The position numbers and the translations under genes are program-made. From an uncultured Acidobacteriota bacterium (GTDB lineage: Bacteria > Acidobacteriota > Vicinamibacteria > Vicinamibacterales > Fen-181), in NCBI GenBank assembly GCA_963701315.1, contig OY969603.1:2571537-2635536 (forward strand): a stretch of 64,000 nt of DNA, given 5' to 3'. The notes beneath the pieces are model-generated. The model was not told the DNA's origin and did no database searches. It was given only the letters and a program-made list of their open reading frames with translations. The stretch's first letter is position 1; the number at the start of each line of letters is the position of its first letter. This document shows, in pieces, positions 1-11,335 of this stretch.

Positions 1-2
1 AG

Positions 3-1607
3 TACTTCACGGATGCGGGCCTGGTCGTGACGACCTTGTCGAGCGAGCCCCTGCCCGCCGGCATCAGCGCCGCGCCGGCGCTCGCCAGCCTGGCTCCCCT
101 CGCGCATGCGGCGTCGTCGCTGCCGCCGATTGTCAACCCGCGGTCGCTCCCGGCCGTACCCGGCGCGAAGCCGACTTCAGCTCCGCTCGTCCTGCAGAAG
201 ACGTTGACGCCTCAGCTCGACATCAAGCTGTTCTTCCGGGCCGGCTCGGCGATCGATCCACCGGGTAAGGAGGGCCTCGCCGCGCTCGCCGCGGCCATGA
301 TCACCGACGCCGGATCGAAGACGCTCACCGTCGACCAGATCAACGCGGTGCTCTACCCCATGGCCGGGTCGTTCGTGAACCAGGTCGACAAGGAGGTGAC
401 GACCTTCACGGGCACCGTCCACCGCGACAACTGGCGCAAGTTCCTGAGCACGGTGCTCCCGCAGCTGCTCGAGCCGGGCCTCCGCGAGGAGGACTTCCAG
501 CGCGTCAAGCAGCGGCAGCTGAATGCACTCGTCGAGGATCTCCGGTCCAGCAACGAAGAGGAGCTGGGCAAGGAGCGGCTCCAGACCAACATCTTCCGGG
601 ATACGCCGTACGGCCACCCGGCCCTCGGCACGGTCGCCGGCCTCACGGCGATCTCGCTCGACGACGTCAGGCAGTTCGTCCAGCGCGCGTACGGCCAGGC
701 GCGCCTGACGCTCGGCGTCAGCGGCAACGTCCCGGATGAGTGCCTCGACCTCCTCAAGCTCCAGCTCGGCCGCCTGCCGGCGGGCACTCCGGAGGAGGCG
801 TCCCGGCCCGCCGCGGTGGGAAGACGCCCGTCCGGGCTCGAAGTGGAGATCGTCGAGAAGGACACGCGCAGCACGGCCATCTCGTTTGGCCTGCCGATCG
901 CGGTCACGCGGGCGCACCCCGATTTCGCGGCATTGTCGGTCGCCCGCGTCTGGCTCGGCGAGCATCGGGCATCGAGCGGCCGCCTCTATCAGCGGATCCG
1001 CGAGGTACGGGGCATGAACTACGGCGACTACGCCTACATCGAGGCGTTTCCGCGTGGCATGTTCCAGTTCTTCCCCGACCCGAACGTCGTGCGCCGCGCG
1101 CAGCTCTTCGAGGTCTGGATCCGGCCGGTGGTCCCCGAGAACGCCCACATGGCGTTGCGCGTGGCCATCCACGAGCTCGACCGCCTGCTGACGCAGGGCC
1201 TCACGGAAAACGACTTCGAACAATCACGCAACTACCTGATGAGGAACGTCTTCCTGATGACGGCGCGGCAGGACGAACAGCTCGGCTACGCGCTCGACTC
1301 CCTCTGGTACCGAACTGGCGAGTTCACCGAGATGATGCGGAAGGCCCTCGCCGCCCTCACGGTCGACCAGGTGAACGCGGCCATCCGCAAGCACTGGTCG
1401 GCCACGGACTTGTCGGTCGTGATCATCACGAAGGACGCCGCCGGCCTCCGTCGGCGACTGCTCTCCGACGCCTTCTCCCCGATCAAGTACGATGGAGAGA
1501 AGCCGGCCTCCCTGCTGGAGGAGGACAAGGTCATCGGGGCGCGCAAGTTGGGCCTGACCGCCGACAAGGTGAAGGTGACACCCGTCGCGGACGTGTTTGC
1601 CAAGTAG
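3..1607 (+). CDS. M16 (insulinase/pitrilysin) family peptidase, non-catalytic-type unit; 5' partial (frame open to the window edge)
   Basis: The frame of ORF 27..1607 stays open back to base 3. The translation shows M16-type domain-pair features (FFRAGSAIDPPGKEGLAALAAAM, LTLGVSGNV) and no HxxEH motif in the visible part. Confidence 0.75.
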   Translation, partial: YFTDAGLVVTTLSSEPLPAGISAAPALASLAPLAHAASSLPPIVNPRSLPAVPGAKPTSAPLVLQKTLTPQLDIKLFFRAGSAIDPPGKEGLAALAAAMITDAGSKTLTVDQINAVLYPMAGSFVNQVDKEVTTFTGTVHRDNWRKFLSTVLPQLLEPGLREEDFQRVKQRQLNALVEDLRSSNEEELGKERLQTNIFRDTPYGHPALGTVAGLTAISLDDVRQFVQRAYGQARLTLGVSGNVPDECLDLLKLQLGRLPAGTPEEASRPAAVGRRPSGLEVEIVEKDTRSTAISFGLPIAVTRAHPDFAALSVARVWLGEHRASSGRLYQRIREVRGMNYGDYAYIEAFPRGMFQFFPDPNVVRRAQLFEVWIRPVVPENAHMALRVAIHELDRLLTQGLTENDFEQSRNYLMRNVFLMTARQDEQLGYALDSLWYRTGEFTEMMRKALAALTVDQVNAAIRKHWSATDLSVVIITKDAAGLRRRLLSDAFSPIKYDGEKPASLLEEDKVIGARKLGLTADKVKVTPVADVFAK

Positions 1608-1617
1608 AGGTGGATGC

Positions 1618-1651
1618 CGGCGGGCCCTCAAGGATTGGCGGGGGCCCGCCG
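1618..1651 (+). terminator. GC-rich hairpin after the M16 gene (possible terminator)
   Basis: A 10-bp inverted repeat CGGCGGGCCC...GGGCCCGCCG starts about 11 nt after the stop codon. There is no clear U-tract. Confidence 0.3.
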
Positions 1652-1749
1652 ATTAATCCAGACGACGGACCCGCCATCGCGGGCGCCGATGCGATTCGGT
1701 CGGGCGGCGTCGGACCGGTGCCGGGTTTCCGTGAAGCCAGTCGAGTCCT

Positions 1750-2151
1750 ATGTCCCGCATTCTCATCGTTGACGACGAGCCGGCGATCCTGTCCATCCTG
1801 GAGCGCATGCTCTGCAAGCTGGGGCACGAGAGCGCGACGGCCGGTAATGGCAAGGAGGCCCTGCGGCGGCTGGAGGAGGGCGCCTTCGACCTCGTGATCA
1901 CCGACTTGATCATGCCGGAGAGCGAGGGCATCGAGACGATTGGCGCCATCCGCAAGCGCTGGCCCGGCGTGCGCATCATCGCGATGTCGGGCGGGGGGCG
2001 GCAGTCACCAACCCCCTACCTGGCGGTCGCCGCGAGCCTGGGAGCCGACGCCACCCTCGCCAAGCCGTTCCAGATGTCGGACCTCGAGGCGGCCCTTCGC
2101 GCGGTGCTCGTCCAATCCGGCCCTACTTCTGCCCCAGCATCCCGGCCTTGA
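1750..2151 (+). CDS. Single-domain response regulator (CheY-like receiver)
   Basis: The sequence MSRILIVDDEPAIL...DLVITDLIMPE...IIAMSGGG is a canonical REC domain with the phospho-acceptor Asp context. Confidence 0.9.
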   Translation: MSRILIVDDEPAILSILERMLCKLGHESATAGNGKEALRRLEEGAFDLVITDLIMPESEGIETIGAIRKRWPGVRIIAMSGGGRQSPTPYLAVAASLGADATLAKPFQMSDLEAALRAVLVQSGPTSAPASRP

Positions 2152-2674
2152 GATCCGCCGTGGGCGGTTTCGGCCCGAGCCACACGGCGAAGAGCGCCTG
2201 GGCAAAGGGGAGCCCCGCGATCGTCAACTTGTCCTTCCCGCGGAGGCTGAGCGTCGTGCCGGTCCCCGGCACATAGGTCACGACCAGGTGTTCACCCTTC
2301 TTCATCGTCTCGAGCGCGTTCAGGAACTGGTCGCGCTGTGACTGGAGGACCGATGGCGCGTTGTCCCTGAAGCCGTCGGTGAACGCCTCGACCATCTGAT
2401 CGCGCGAGACCTGGCCATAGAGGAATTCCATGACGACCCGCTTGGTCGCGTCCGCCCGGATGATGGCCGCGGGATCCGCGGACTTCCGCTCGACGTAGAG
2501 CCCCCCCACGTACACCTTCACGAACAGCTTCGTGCGCAGTCCCAGGCCGTTGAGCACGAGCGTCTGCGGCCCGACCGTGATGGTGTCGGGGAGCGAGACG
2601 CCGGCGAGCGTGGCCGCCTCGCCGGGCATCGGCAACAGGATCAGACACGCGAGTGCGATGACCAACGTCCGCAT
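2123..2674 (-). CDS. Chalcone isomerase-like family protein, secreted or lipoprotein
   Basis: An N-terminal signal peptide (MRTLVIALACLILLPMPGEA) is followed by LVLNGLGLRTKLFVKVYVGGLY, typical of bacterial CHI-like proteins. The 3' end overlaps the convergent receiver gene by 29 nt. Confidence 0.8.
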   Translation of the reverse strand: MRTLVIALACLILLPMPGEAATLAGVSLPDTITVGPQTLVLNGLGLRTKLFVKVYVGGLYVERKSADPAAIIRADATKRVVMEFLYGQVSRDQMVEAFTDGFRDNAPSVLQSQRDQFLNALETMKKGEHLVVTYVPGTGTTLSLRGKDKLTIAGLPFAQALFAVWLGPKPPTADLKAGMLGQK

Positions 2675-2807
2675 CGTCCTCTCCTCGGGTCAGGAGGGCG
2701 GAACGGCTGGGGGCCCGTCGGCCCCGCCGATCGGCCTCGATCGTCTCTGGTTGAGCTCCAAGGTGCCCGCGCATCATATCACCGATGCGGGCTATACTCA
2801 GCCCTCG

Positions 2808-5645
2808 ATGACCCGCTCCCCGCTGCACGAGGCGCTCGCCGCCATCGTGGGTGCCGAGGACGTGCTCACCCGGCCGATCGACCTAGCCGCGTACGCTTCG
2901 GACGCCAGCATCTACCGGATCGTCCCCGCGGCCGTCGTGCGCCCGCAGACCCCCGAACAGATCCCGACGGCTCTTCACGCTCTGCCGAGAGCGAGGTCAG
3001 TCGCTCACGTTCCGCGCGGCCGGAACCAGTTTGTCGGGGCAGGCGGTCACCGAGGGGATCGTGGCAGACCTGTCGCGGCACTGGCGCGACGTGGAGGTGC
3101 TCGACCGCGGGCGGCGCGTGCGCGTGGGCCCTGGTGTCGTCGGCGCGGCCGTGAACGCGCGGTTGCGGCCGTTCGGCGCGAAGATCGGGCCGGACCCGGC
3201 CTCGCTTCACGCGTGCATGATGGGCGGGATCCTGGCGAACAACTCGAGCGGGATGTGCTGTGGCGTGCTCCAGAACGCCTACCACACGCTCGACTCGCTG
3301 GTGTGCCTGCTCCCCTCGGGGACGCGCGTCGACACGGCGGACGCGTCCGCAGACGACGAACTCCGTCGCCTGGAGCCCGCGCTCGTCGACGGGCTGCTCG
3401 CACTGCGGCGCACGATCCAGGCGACTCCCGCCCTCTCGGACCGCATCCGGCACAAGTACCGGACGAAGAACACGACCGGCTACTCTCTCAACGCGTTGCT
3501 CGACTACGATCGGCCCGCCGACCTGCTCGCGCACCTCCTGATCGGATCGGAGGGTACGCTGGGGTTCATCGCCAGCGCCGTGCTCCGCACGGTCCCGGAT
3601 CTCCCGGTCAAGTACACGGGTCTGCTCCTCTTTCCCACCATGCGCGACGCCTGTGCGGCGATCGTGCCGCTGGCCAACGCCGGAGCCGCGGCGCTCGAGG
3701 TCATGGACCGCGCCGCGCTGCGTTCCGTGGACCACCAGAACGGCGTTCCCGCGGCCATTCGCCACCTGCCAGCTGAGGCGGCCGGGCTGCTGGTCGAGTT
3801 CCAGGCTGAGGGCGAGGACGCCCGGCCCGATTCCTCGAGCGTCGCGCTGGTGGCGCCGTCGGCCGGCTGGCGCTCGTCCAGCCCGCGGCCTTCACACACG
3901 CGCCGGACGAGCAGGCTCAATTGTGGAGGGTGCGACAGGGCATGTTTCCTTCGGTCGGGGCCGCACGGGCCCGGGGAACGGCGGTCATCATCGAGGATGT
4001 CGCCTTTCCCATCGACCGGCTGGCCGACGCCGTGGTCGACCTGCGCGCGCTGTTCGCCCGACACGGGTACGACGACGCCATCATCTTCGGCCATGCCAAG
4101 GACGGAAATCTCCATTTCGTCCTCAGCCAGTCGTTCGGCGACGGCACAGCCGTCGAGCAGTACCGCCGACTGATGGACGACGTGGTCGACCTCGTCGTCC
4201 GTCGGTACGACGGCGCGCTCAAGGCCGAGCACGGTACCGGCCGCAACATCGCGCCGTTTGTGGCCGCCGAGTGGGGGCCCGACCTGTACGCCGTCATGCG
4301 GCGCCTCAAGGACCTGTTCGATCCCGGCGCGGTGTTGAATCCCGGTGTCATCATCAGCGACGATCCCGCGGCTCATCTGGCCCACCTGAAGACACTGCCG
4401 GAGGTCGAAGAGGAGGTCGATCGGTGCATCGAGTGCGGGTACCGCGAGCCGCGGTGCCCCAGCCGGGACCTGACCCTGACGCCACGGCAGCGGATTGTCG
4501 TGCGCCGGGAGATGGAGCGCCTGAGGACGACTGACCGTGCGGCGGTGGCGGCGCTCGAGGCCGCCTTCGGCTACGACGCGCTCGACACCTGCGCGGCCGA
4601 TGGCCTGTGTGCCACCGCGTGCCCGGTCGGTATCGATACGGGCACACTCACCAAACGCCTCCGTGCGGCCCGCCACCTCCCGCTGGCCCATCGCGCGGCC
4701 TTATGGGTGGCGACCCATTTCACCCTCACGGAACGGGCCGTTCGGACCGGACTCCGGCTGGGTCGGATTGCCAGCCTCGTAGTCGGCGACGGCGTGCTCA
4801 CGAACCTCAGCCGGATCCCGCGACTCGTGCTGCGACGCCCCACCCCCTTGTGGCTTCGCCCGATGCCCCGCCCGGCGGGGACGGTGCGCGTGCCGACCCG
4901 CCGCGAGGGGGCGGTGGCGGTCTATTTTCCGGCGTGCGTGTCGCGGACCATGGGGGCGCTGCCGGGCGAGACGGAGGAACAGACGCTGGTCGCAACCTTG
5001 GTGCAGCTAGCCGCCCGCGCCGGCACGCCGGTCTGGATCCCGCCCGATGCCGAGGGTCACTGCTGCGGCGTACCCTTCTCCTCGAAGGGCTACGCGCACG
5101 CGCATCGCGCGATGGTCACGCGCACGATTGACAGCTTCTGGCGGTGGTCAGACGGGGGGCGACTGCCCGTCGTCTTGGATACGAGCCCCTGCGCCTACGG
5201 GCTCAAGCAGTCCCGGGAGACCCTCGACGCCGAGACCCGCGCGCGCTTCGATTGCCTCACGATCCTCGACAGCATCGAGTTCGTCGCGCGCACGCTGCTG
5301 CCGCGGCTCGACGCGCGCCACCGGGAGGCTCGAGTGGTGCTCCATCCGGTGTGTTCGGTGGTCAAAATGGGGCTCTCGGCCGACCTCGAGCGGATTGCAC
5401 GGGCCTGCGCGACTGACGTGATCGTGCCCATCGACGCCGGCTGCTGCGGGTTTGCCGGCGATTGGGGCTGGCTGGTCCCGGCGTTGACCGCGTCGGCCAC
5501 GACACGCGAGGCCGATGAGGTGCGGGAGATAGACGCGGGCGCCTACTCGAGCAGCCGCACGTGCGAAATCGGCCTCGCGCGCGCAACCGGCCGCGTGTAC
5601 CGGTCCTACCTGTTCCTGCTCGAGCGGGCAACGCGCGTCCCCTAG
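2808..5645 (+). CDS. FAD-linked oxidase fused to an Fe-S cluster-binding domain (D-lactate dehydrogenase / YdiJ-like); reading frame broken twice
   Basis: Three ORF pieces join into one about 945-aa protein: frame 0 from 2808, frame 1 covering 3031..4173, and frame 0 covering 3921..5645. Motifs are AYASDASIYRIVP, LTFRAAGTSLSGQAV, GSEGTLGFI, KAEHGTGRNI and CIECG...C. There is a +1 shift at about 2964 (cagatc+c) and a -1 shift at about 3820-3840. The total length of 2838 nt is a multiple of 3. Confidence 0.8.
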
Positions 5646-5657
5646 GACCGCGCTTCA

Positions 5658-7298
5658 GTGGTAACCTGCGAACTGGTGGACATCCGACAGTACCATGCGC
5701 GCAGCGTGCACCACTCCGGGCGACTCGCACGATTGGCCGGGTTCCTGGACTGGGCGACGATGCCGTCCCCCTTCCTGGCGTACCGGGGAGCCCCTCTCAT
5801 CGACCTACCGCACGAGCGGGCGAACGAGTGGCCCGCCTGTCCGTGGGATACGGTCTACCACCCCGGCCAACGCGTCCCGCAACCGGTAACCTTGCGGACG
5901 GTCGCGACCTTTCTGCGGCACGCGCTCGGGCTGTCCGCCTGGAAGGAGGTGGCGGGCGAGCGCTGGTCGCTTCGCGTGAACCCGTCCAGCGGGAACCTCC
6001 ACCCGACCGAGGCGTACGTGGTCACCCCGCAGGGGTCCGCCGTCCAGCCAGCCTCCGCCGTCTGCCACTACCGCGCGGATCTCCACGCCCTGGAACTCCG
6101 CGGTCACCTTGCAGACGCCGCCTGGGCCGACGCCATGAGCGACACCCCGGACGGCAGCTTCTTGGTCGGCCTGACGACCATTGCGTGGCGGGAGGCATGG
6201 AAGTACGGCGAGCGCGCCTACCGGTACTGCCAGCACGATGCCGGCCACGCGCTGGCGGCACTCAGTTTCTCCGCCGCGCTGCTCGGGTGGGACCTCGCAC
6301 TGCTGCCCGCGTGGTCGGATGAGGCTGTCTCGACACTCCTCGGCCTCGCCGGCCGCCGTCAGGGGCCGGAGCGGGAGACTCCGACGTGTCTCGCGATCGT
6401 CGCGCCGGGGATGCTGGACCGCACGCGTCTGCCAACCGAGGCGGATGGCCTCCTCGCCGCGGCACGGATGGCCCGGTGGCTCGGAACCGCGGAACCGCTC
6501 AGCCGAGGCCACCAGGAGTGGTCGGTTCTCGAGGCGGCCGAGTCGGCGGCCGCCAAACCGCGTGGGACAACGTGGATCGAGAACCTCGGGGCGCTACCCC
6601 CACCGCGTGCGCCGGTCCCCTCGTGCCGGCAGGACGCCCGGGCGCTGGTGCGTGGACGCCGGAGTGCCGTGGACTTCGACCCGGGCTTCACGCTGTCGCG
6701 CGAGAGCTTCCTCCGGATGCTCGAACGGACCCTCCCGCAGGAAACGCCGCCGTGGACGGTCCTGTCGACACCTGCCCAGGTCCACCTGTTCCTGTTCGTG
6801 CACCGCGTCGAGGGCGTGACCGAAGGTCTCTACGCCCTGCCGCGCTCAGCCGACGCGCTTGCGCCGCTTCGCGCGGCCACCCGAGGCGAGTTCCCCTGGG
6901 CGCCGGCGTACGAGGTCGCGCCCGGCCTGTCGCTGTTCCAGCTCGTCGAGGGCGACGTCCGCCTGCTCGCCGAGCGCGTGAGCTGCGGGCAGGCGATTGC
7001 GGGCGAGGGCGCGTTCAGCCTCGGCATGGTCACGCGATTCGACGACGCGCTGACGCGTGACGGCCCGTGGAGCTACCGGCGGCTGTTCTGGGAAGCCGGC
7101 ATGGTGGGGCAGGTGCTCTACTTGGAGGCCGAGGCTGCCCGCGTGCGCGGCACCGGCATTGGGTGCTTCTTCGACTCCGCCATGCACGATCTGCTCGGGC
7201 TCCGCGGAACCACCTTCCAGAGCCTCTATCACTTCACGGCGGGCCGCCCGGTTGAAGATCCCCGGCTGCAGTTGAGCCCCGGCTACCCGTGGGAGTGA
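5658..7298 (+). CDS. SagB/ThcOx-type dehydrogenase, double nitroreductase-fold protein
   Basis: The 546-aa ORF has a GTG start. Signatures are YH..S.H...LDW...PSPF at the N-terminus and WKYGERAYRYCQHDAGHA, with a second nitroreductase-like half. Confidence 0.8.
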   Translation: MVTCELVDIRQYHARSVHHSGRLARLAGFLDWATMPSPFLAYRGAPLIDLPHERANEWPACPWDTVYHPGQRVPQPVTLRTVATFLRHALGLSAWKEVAGERWSLRVNPSSGNLHPTEAYVVTPQGSAVQPASAVCHYRADLHALELRGHLADAAWADAMSDTPDGSFLVGLTTIAWREAWKYGERAYRYCQHDAGHALAALSFSAALLGWDLALLPAWSDEAVSTLLGLAGRRQGPERETPTCLAIVAPGMLDRTRLPTEADGLLAAARMARWLGTAEPLSRGHQEWSVLEAAESAAAKPRGTTWIENLGALPPPRAPVPSCRQDARALVRGRRSAVDFDPGFTLSRESFLRMLERTLPQETPPWTVLSTPAQVHLFLFVHRVEGVTEGLYALPRSADALAPLRAATRGEFPWAPAYEVAPGLSLFQLVEGDVRLLAERVSCGQAIAGEGAFSLGMVTRFDDALTRDGPWSYRRLFWEAGMVGQVLYLEAEAARVRGTGIGCFFDSAMHDLLGLRGTTFQSLYHFTAGRPVEDPRLQLSPGYPWE

Positions 7299-7461
7299 CC
7301 GATCACCAAATCGGGATCGGGGGGCCTGAACTGTCGGAAGGACCAGGCGGTCTGCCAATCCCCGTCGGGCCCGAGGGCGGAAAATCCGAGGAAAACCCTC
7401 CGGCCCCACGGCTCTGCCGCAGGCATGTCTCTTGCGGAAGTGGATCGCGGAGAGGTGCGCC

Positions 7462-9791
7462 ATGGTCTCGTCCACCCGGACCGTCCTGTTGACGGCCTTC
7501 GTGCTGGCGGCTTGCCCGCTCTCGGCCGCCCCACCACAGCTCGGCACAGGCCTGCCGGGCCCACTGCCGCTGTTTCCCGCGTACAACTGGTGGAACACCG
7601 ACGTCAGCGCGGCCCCGGTCGACCCGGGGTCGGCCACGTTCATCGCATTCATCAACAACGGCGGCACGCGGAAGCTGCATCCCGACTTCGGCGGGGACGA
7701 GGCACCCGGCAGTGTGGCCATCTACGGGTTTCCGTATGCCGTCGTCGACGCGTCTCAGCCGAAGAAGGCCGTGCAGTTCGACTACGCGGACGAAAGCGAC
7801 GGTGTGGACCACACGACCGGGCAGAGCTACCCCTTCTACCCGATTCCCGACGAGGCCATCACACAGGCACACTGGGTCGAGGGCGGCGACCCGGGCAACG
7901 TGGACCTTCGGTCGCAGCAGGACCGGCACCTCCTGATCGTCGACCACGACAACCGGTACCTGTACGAGCTCTACAACGTGTTCTACGACGGCCAGCAGTG
8001 GGTGGCGGGATCCGGCGCCCGGTTCGACTTGACGCGCAGCGACCGTCGGCCGGACGGGTGGACCTCGGCCGATGCCGCGGGCCTCGCCATCCTTCCCGGC
8101 TTGGTCCGCTACGACGAGGTCTACGGGGCTGGCGAGATTCGAGCACGCCTTCCGGGTGACCGTGCGGGCGACCAACGGCTACGTGTACCCCGCGTCGCAC
8201 GCTGCCGGCTCCAATCCGCAGGCCCTGCCCATGGGGGCGCGGCTCCGGCTCAAGGCCAGCGTGGACCTGTCGCGCTTCCCGGCCGACGCGCAGAAGATTT
8301 TCCGCGCCATGCAGCGCTACGGCCTGATCGTGGCCGACAACGGCTCGGACATGTACATCAGCGGCACCTACGACGTCCGCTGGGACAACAGCGTCCTCAA
8401 CCCGGCCTTCGCCGGGCTGACGGCCAGCGACTTCGAGGTCATCCAGCTCGGGTGGCAGCCACCCGTCACGATCAACCGGTACTTCGCCGAGGGCGCCACC
8501 AGCAGCTTCTTCAACTGCCGCCTGGCTTTCGCCAATCCCACCGCATCGGCCGCCAACGTGCTGCTTCGCTTCCTCAAACGGGACGGCACGTCCGTGACGC
8601 AGCCGGTGGGGGTGCCGGCGCTCAGCCGGCGTACGCTCGACGTCAACACGGTCCCGGGCATGACCGCGGCCGAGTTCTCGACCATCGTGCAGTCGGACGT
8701 GCCGATCGCCGCCGACCGGACGATGTGGTGGGATTCGAACGGGTACGGCAGCCACGCCGAGACGTCGCTTCCGGACCCGTCGACCGTCTGGTACCTGGCC
8801 GAAGGCGCCACCTACACCGGGTTCGCCTTGTACTACCTGATCCAGAACCCGGGGGCGACCGACGCCCTGGTCGACGTCACCTATCTTCGCCCATCCCCGG
8901 CGGCCCCGCTCGTCCGCCGCTACACGGTCCCGGCCCACAGCCGCTACAACCTCTATGTGAACGGTGTCGACCCCTCGCTCCTTCGCACCGACGTCTCGGC
9001 CATCCTGACAAGCGCGAACAACGTGCCGATCGTCGTCGAGCGGGCGCTCTACTACACCACCGACGGGCTGACCTTCAAGGCCGGCACGGCCAGCGCGGGC
9101 GCCGTGGAGCCCGCCACCAACTGGTTCCTGGCCGAAGGCGCGACCGGCTCATTCTTTGCGCTGTACGTGCTCGTCGCCAACCCGAACAACACGGCAGCCG
9201 ACGTCACGCTCACGTACCTGCTGCCCGACGGCACCCAGAATCTCGCGGGTCCACCACGCCCAGCCCATGAGCCGGATGACCGTCCACGTGGCGTCCGAGG
9301 ACGCGCGCCTGGCCAGCACCTCGGTCTCGACCCGCGTGCAGTCCACGCTGCCGGTCGTCGTAGAGCGCGCGGTCTGGTGGCCCGGCAACTCACCCGCCAC
9401 CTGGCTCGAAGGGCACTCGTCGATGGGCTCGACGATGACCGGAACAGCCTGGGTCCTGGCCGACGGCGAGCAGGGTGGCACCCGGAACGCGGACACGTAC
9501 ATCCTCATCGGCAACACCTCGGCGGTCGGCGGCACGGCGCGCGTGACGCTCCTGTTCGAGGATGGCACGAGCACCCAGCGGTCCTTCTCGCTGCTGCCCA
9601 CCAGCCGCTTGACCATCCATGCCGGGAGCGCCGCCCAGTTCCCGGAGGCCGCCGGGCGACGCTTTGCGGCCGTCGTCGAGAGTCTCGGCACTCCAGGCGC
9701 CGAGATCGTCGTCGAGCGGGCGATGTACTTCGACGCGCTCGGCATCCACTGGGCCGCCGGCACCTGCGCCTTGGCCACCCGCATCCGGTAG
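7462..9791 (+). CDS. Secreted conserved protein of unknown function with four C-terminal tandem repeats; reading frame broken twice
   Basis: The signal peptide is MVSSTRTVLLTAFVLAACPLSA. A conserved N-terminal domain carries DRHLLIVD...YELY...SADAAGL...EHAFRVTV...YVYPASH...RLRLKA...ADNGS. ORFs 7432.., 8072.. and 9156.. join with +1 shifts at about 8136-8140 (gagattc) and about 9238-9242 (cagaatc). Confidence 0.7.
8480..9788 (+). repeat. Four tandem protein-level repeats of about 110 aa inside the secreted protein
   Basis: Each unit opens with an aromatic residue followed by (F/L)AEGAT or LADGEQ: YFAEGATSSFF, WYLAEGATYTGF, WFLAEGATGSFF, WVLADGEQGG. Each ends near VVER(A)xYF/WW. Confidence 0.65.
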
Positions 9792-9897
9792 GCAGCGGCG
9801 TCGGAGGACGAGTCTGCCCGGCCGTTCCCCGCACACGGTAGACACCCCTGCGCCGGAGCGCGTACGATACCGGAGCTTTTCTCAATAGGAGTAACCG

Positions 9898-10332
9898 ATG
9901 AAGTACTGGTTGACCGTGCTGGTCGTGCTGGCGGTGGTCGCCGTCGGCGCGTACCAGGCGACGAAGGCAGGAGGGGGCAAGGGTGACAAGATGGTGACGA
10001 CGCCGTCAGGCCTCAAGTACGAGGATCTCGTTCCGGGCACCGGGGCGGAGGCCCGCAAGGGCCAGACCGTGAAGGTCCATTACACCGGCTGGCTGAAGGA
10101 CGGAACCAAGTTCGACTCATCGCTGGACCGCGGCGAGCCATTCCAGTTCCCGCTCGGTGCGGGCCGCGTGATCAAGGGCTGGGACGAGGGCGTGGCCGGC
10201 ATGAAGGTGGGCGGCAAGCGCCGCCTGATCATCCCCCCGGCTCTCGCCTACGGCGAACGGGGGGCGGGCGGCGTGATCCCGCCGAACGCAGAGTTGACGT
10301 TCGAGGTAGAACTGATCGCCGTCAGCCAGTAA
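9898..10332 (+). CDS. FKBP-type peptidyl-prolyl cis-trans isomerase (membrane-anchored or secreted)
   Basis: The FKBP core [12 protein letters not shown]...[18 protein letters not shown]...[18 protein letters not shown] is canonical, and an AGGAG ribosome-binding site lies upstream of the ATG. Confidence 0.95.
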   Translation: MKYWLTVLVVLAVVAVGAYQATKAGGGKGDKMVTTPSGLKYEDLVPGTGAEARKGQTVKVHYTGWLKDGTKFDSSLDRGEPFQFPLGAGRVIKGWDEGVAGMKVGGKRRLIIPPALAYGERGAGGVIPPNAELTFEVELIAVSQ

Positions 10333-10435
10333 TGGGGCACGTAGACCCTGGACCCGGCCCGACGACGGGTTGGCTGTCGGTTCCGGCGTGGGGTTGGGTC
10401 TGGCGTCCTGGGACGAGGGTCGCGAGAGCGGGCGG

Positions 10436-10756
10436 TCAACCCATCTGGGCGATGAACTCCTCAAGAACCCGCCGGTCTTCCGGCCGCAGGTTCAGGAATC
10501 GCATCCCCATCCCGAACGACGGCATGCCGTAGCGGACTTCGGCAAGCACGTCGATTTCGTGGCCGAGCACGGTGAACCGCAGGTGCGCCGTCGTCCCCAC
10601 CGGGTAGACGGTCCGTGCGTCGACAAAGGCACCGCTCGCGCTGATGTCCGCCAGCCGCACCGACAGGCGGCTGACATCCATCCCCTCGAGCTCGGCCTCG
10701 GCGAAGAAGGTAACCCGTTTTGCCCCGCGACGTTCATCGGTCATGGCGATCGCCAT
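10436..10756 (-). CDS. PilZ domain protein (c-di-GMP receptor type)
   Basis: The 106-aa product carries both PilZ signatures: RxxxR (RRGAKR) and DxSxxG (DISASG). Confidence 0.85.
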   Translation of the reverse strand: MAIAMTDERRGAKRVTFFAEAELEGMDVSRLSVRLADISASGAFVDARTVYPVGTTAHLRFTVLGHEIDVLAEVRYGMPSFGMGMRFLNLRPEDRRVLEEFIAQMG

Positions 10757-11019
10757 CCCGGCCTGCTGCCCCGGGGGCCTGCGTAGGATGCCCTCAGACT
10801 ACCAAGCCTGACGCGCGCCGTCCATCTCGTTCGCCACGCGCCGACCCGCCGAACGGCGACGGCAGGTCTGCCGAGCCGACCGTCGACCCCGTCCTTCCGG
10901 AGGGGTGATCCGTGCCCACCCGGGTCGGCTGGTCCGGAAGAGCCGTGCACGACCGGCCGGCGCGGCGAGGCAACTCCCGCTCACTGGGCCGCCGCCTGCC
11001 AGCTGGCCAGGCCCCGTCC

Positions 11020-11335
11020 TGCCAGACACCGAACGGCCGCGGCTGGACGCCCTGGCCATGCTGTTCCTCCATTTGCATGGGCAGGGAGTGGGAGTCGTCG
11101 AGATCTTCTGGGGACTCTGGCTCGTCCCCTTCGGTCTCCTGGTCATGCGGTCGGGCTTCCTGCCCGGCCTTCTGGGCGTCCTCCTGATCGCCGCCTGCGT
11201 CGGCTACCTGGCCGACAGTCTGACCTCCCTGCTGGCGCCCGGGCCGGGGAGACCGAGAACCAATTTGCAGGTATTCTGGAGGGGACCTGAGAACTCCCGA
11301 CGTTGGCGTGGTGGCTGATTCTGGGCGGCGAGGTG
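11020..11335 (+). pseudogene. DUF4386-family membrane protein remnant (C-terminal part only, multiply disrupted)
   Basis: LDALAMLFLHLHGQGVGVVEIFWGLWLVPFGLLVMRSGFLPGLLGVLLIAACVGYL matches the C-terminal half of DUF4386 proteins. The expected tail (GELPTLAWWLILGG) lies in another frame behind an in-frame TGA at 11288. No N-terminal half is found upstream. Confidence 0.45.

Noticed and set aside
5658-7298. The SagB-type dehydrogenase as a marker of a TOMM/RiPP (thiazole/oxazole peptide) biosynthetic cluster
   Set aside because: No YcaO or cyclodehydratase gene, precursor-peptide-like small ORF or transporter lies nearby. The neighbours are an FAD oxidase and a secreted repeat protein. Stand-alone double-nitroreductase SagB-like proteins of this size are common outside RiPP clusters.
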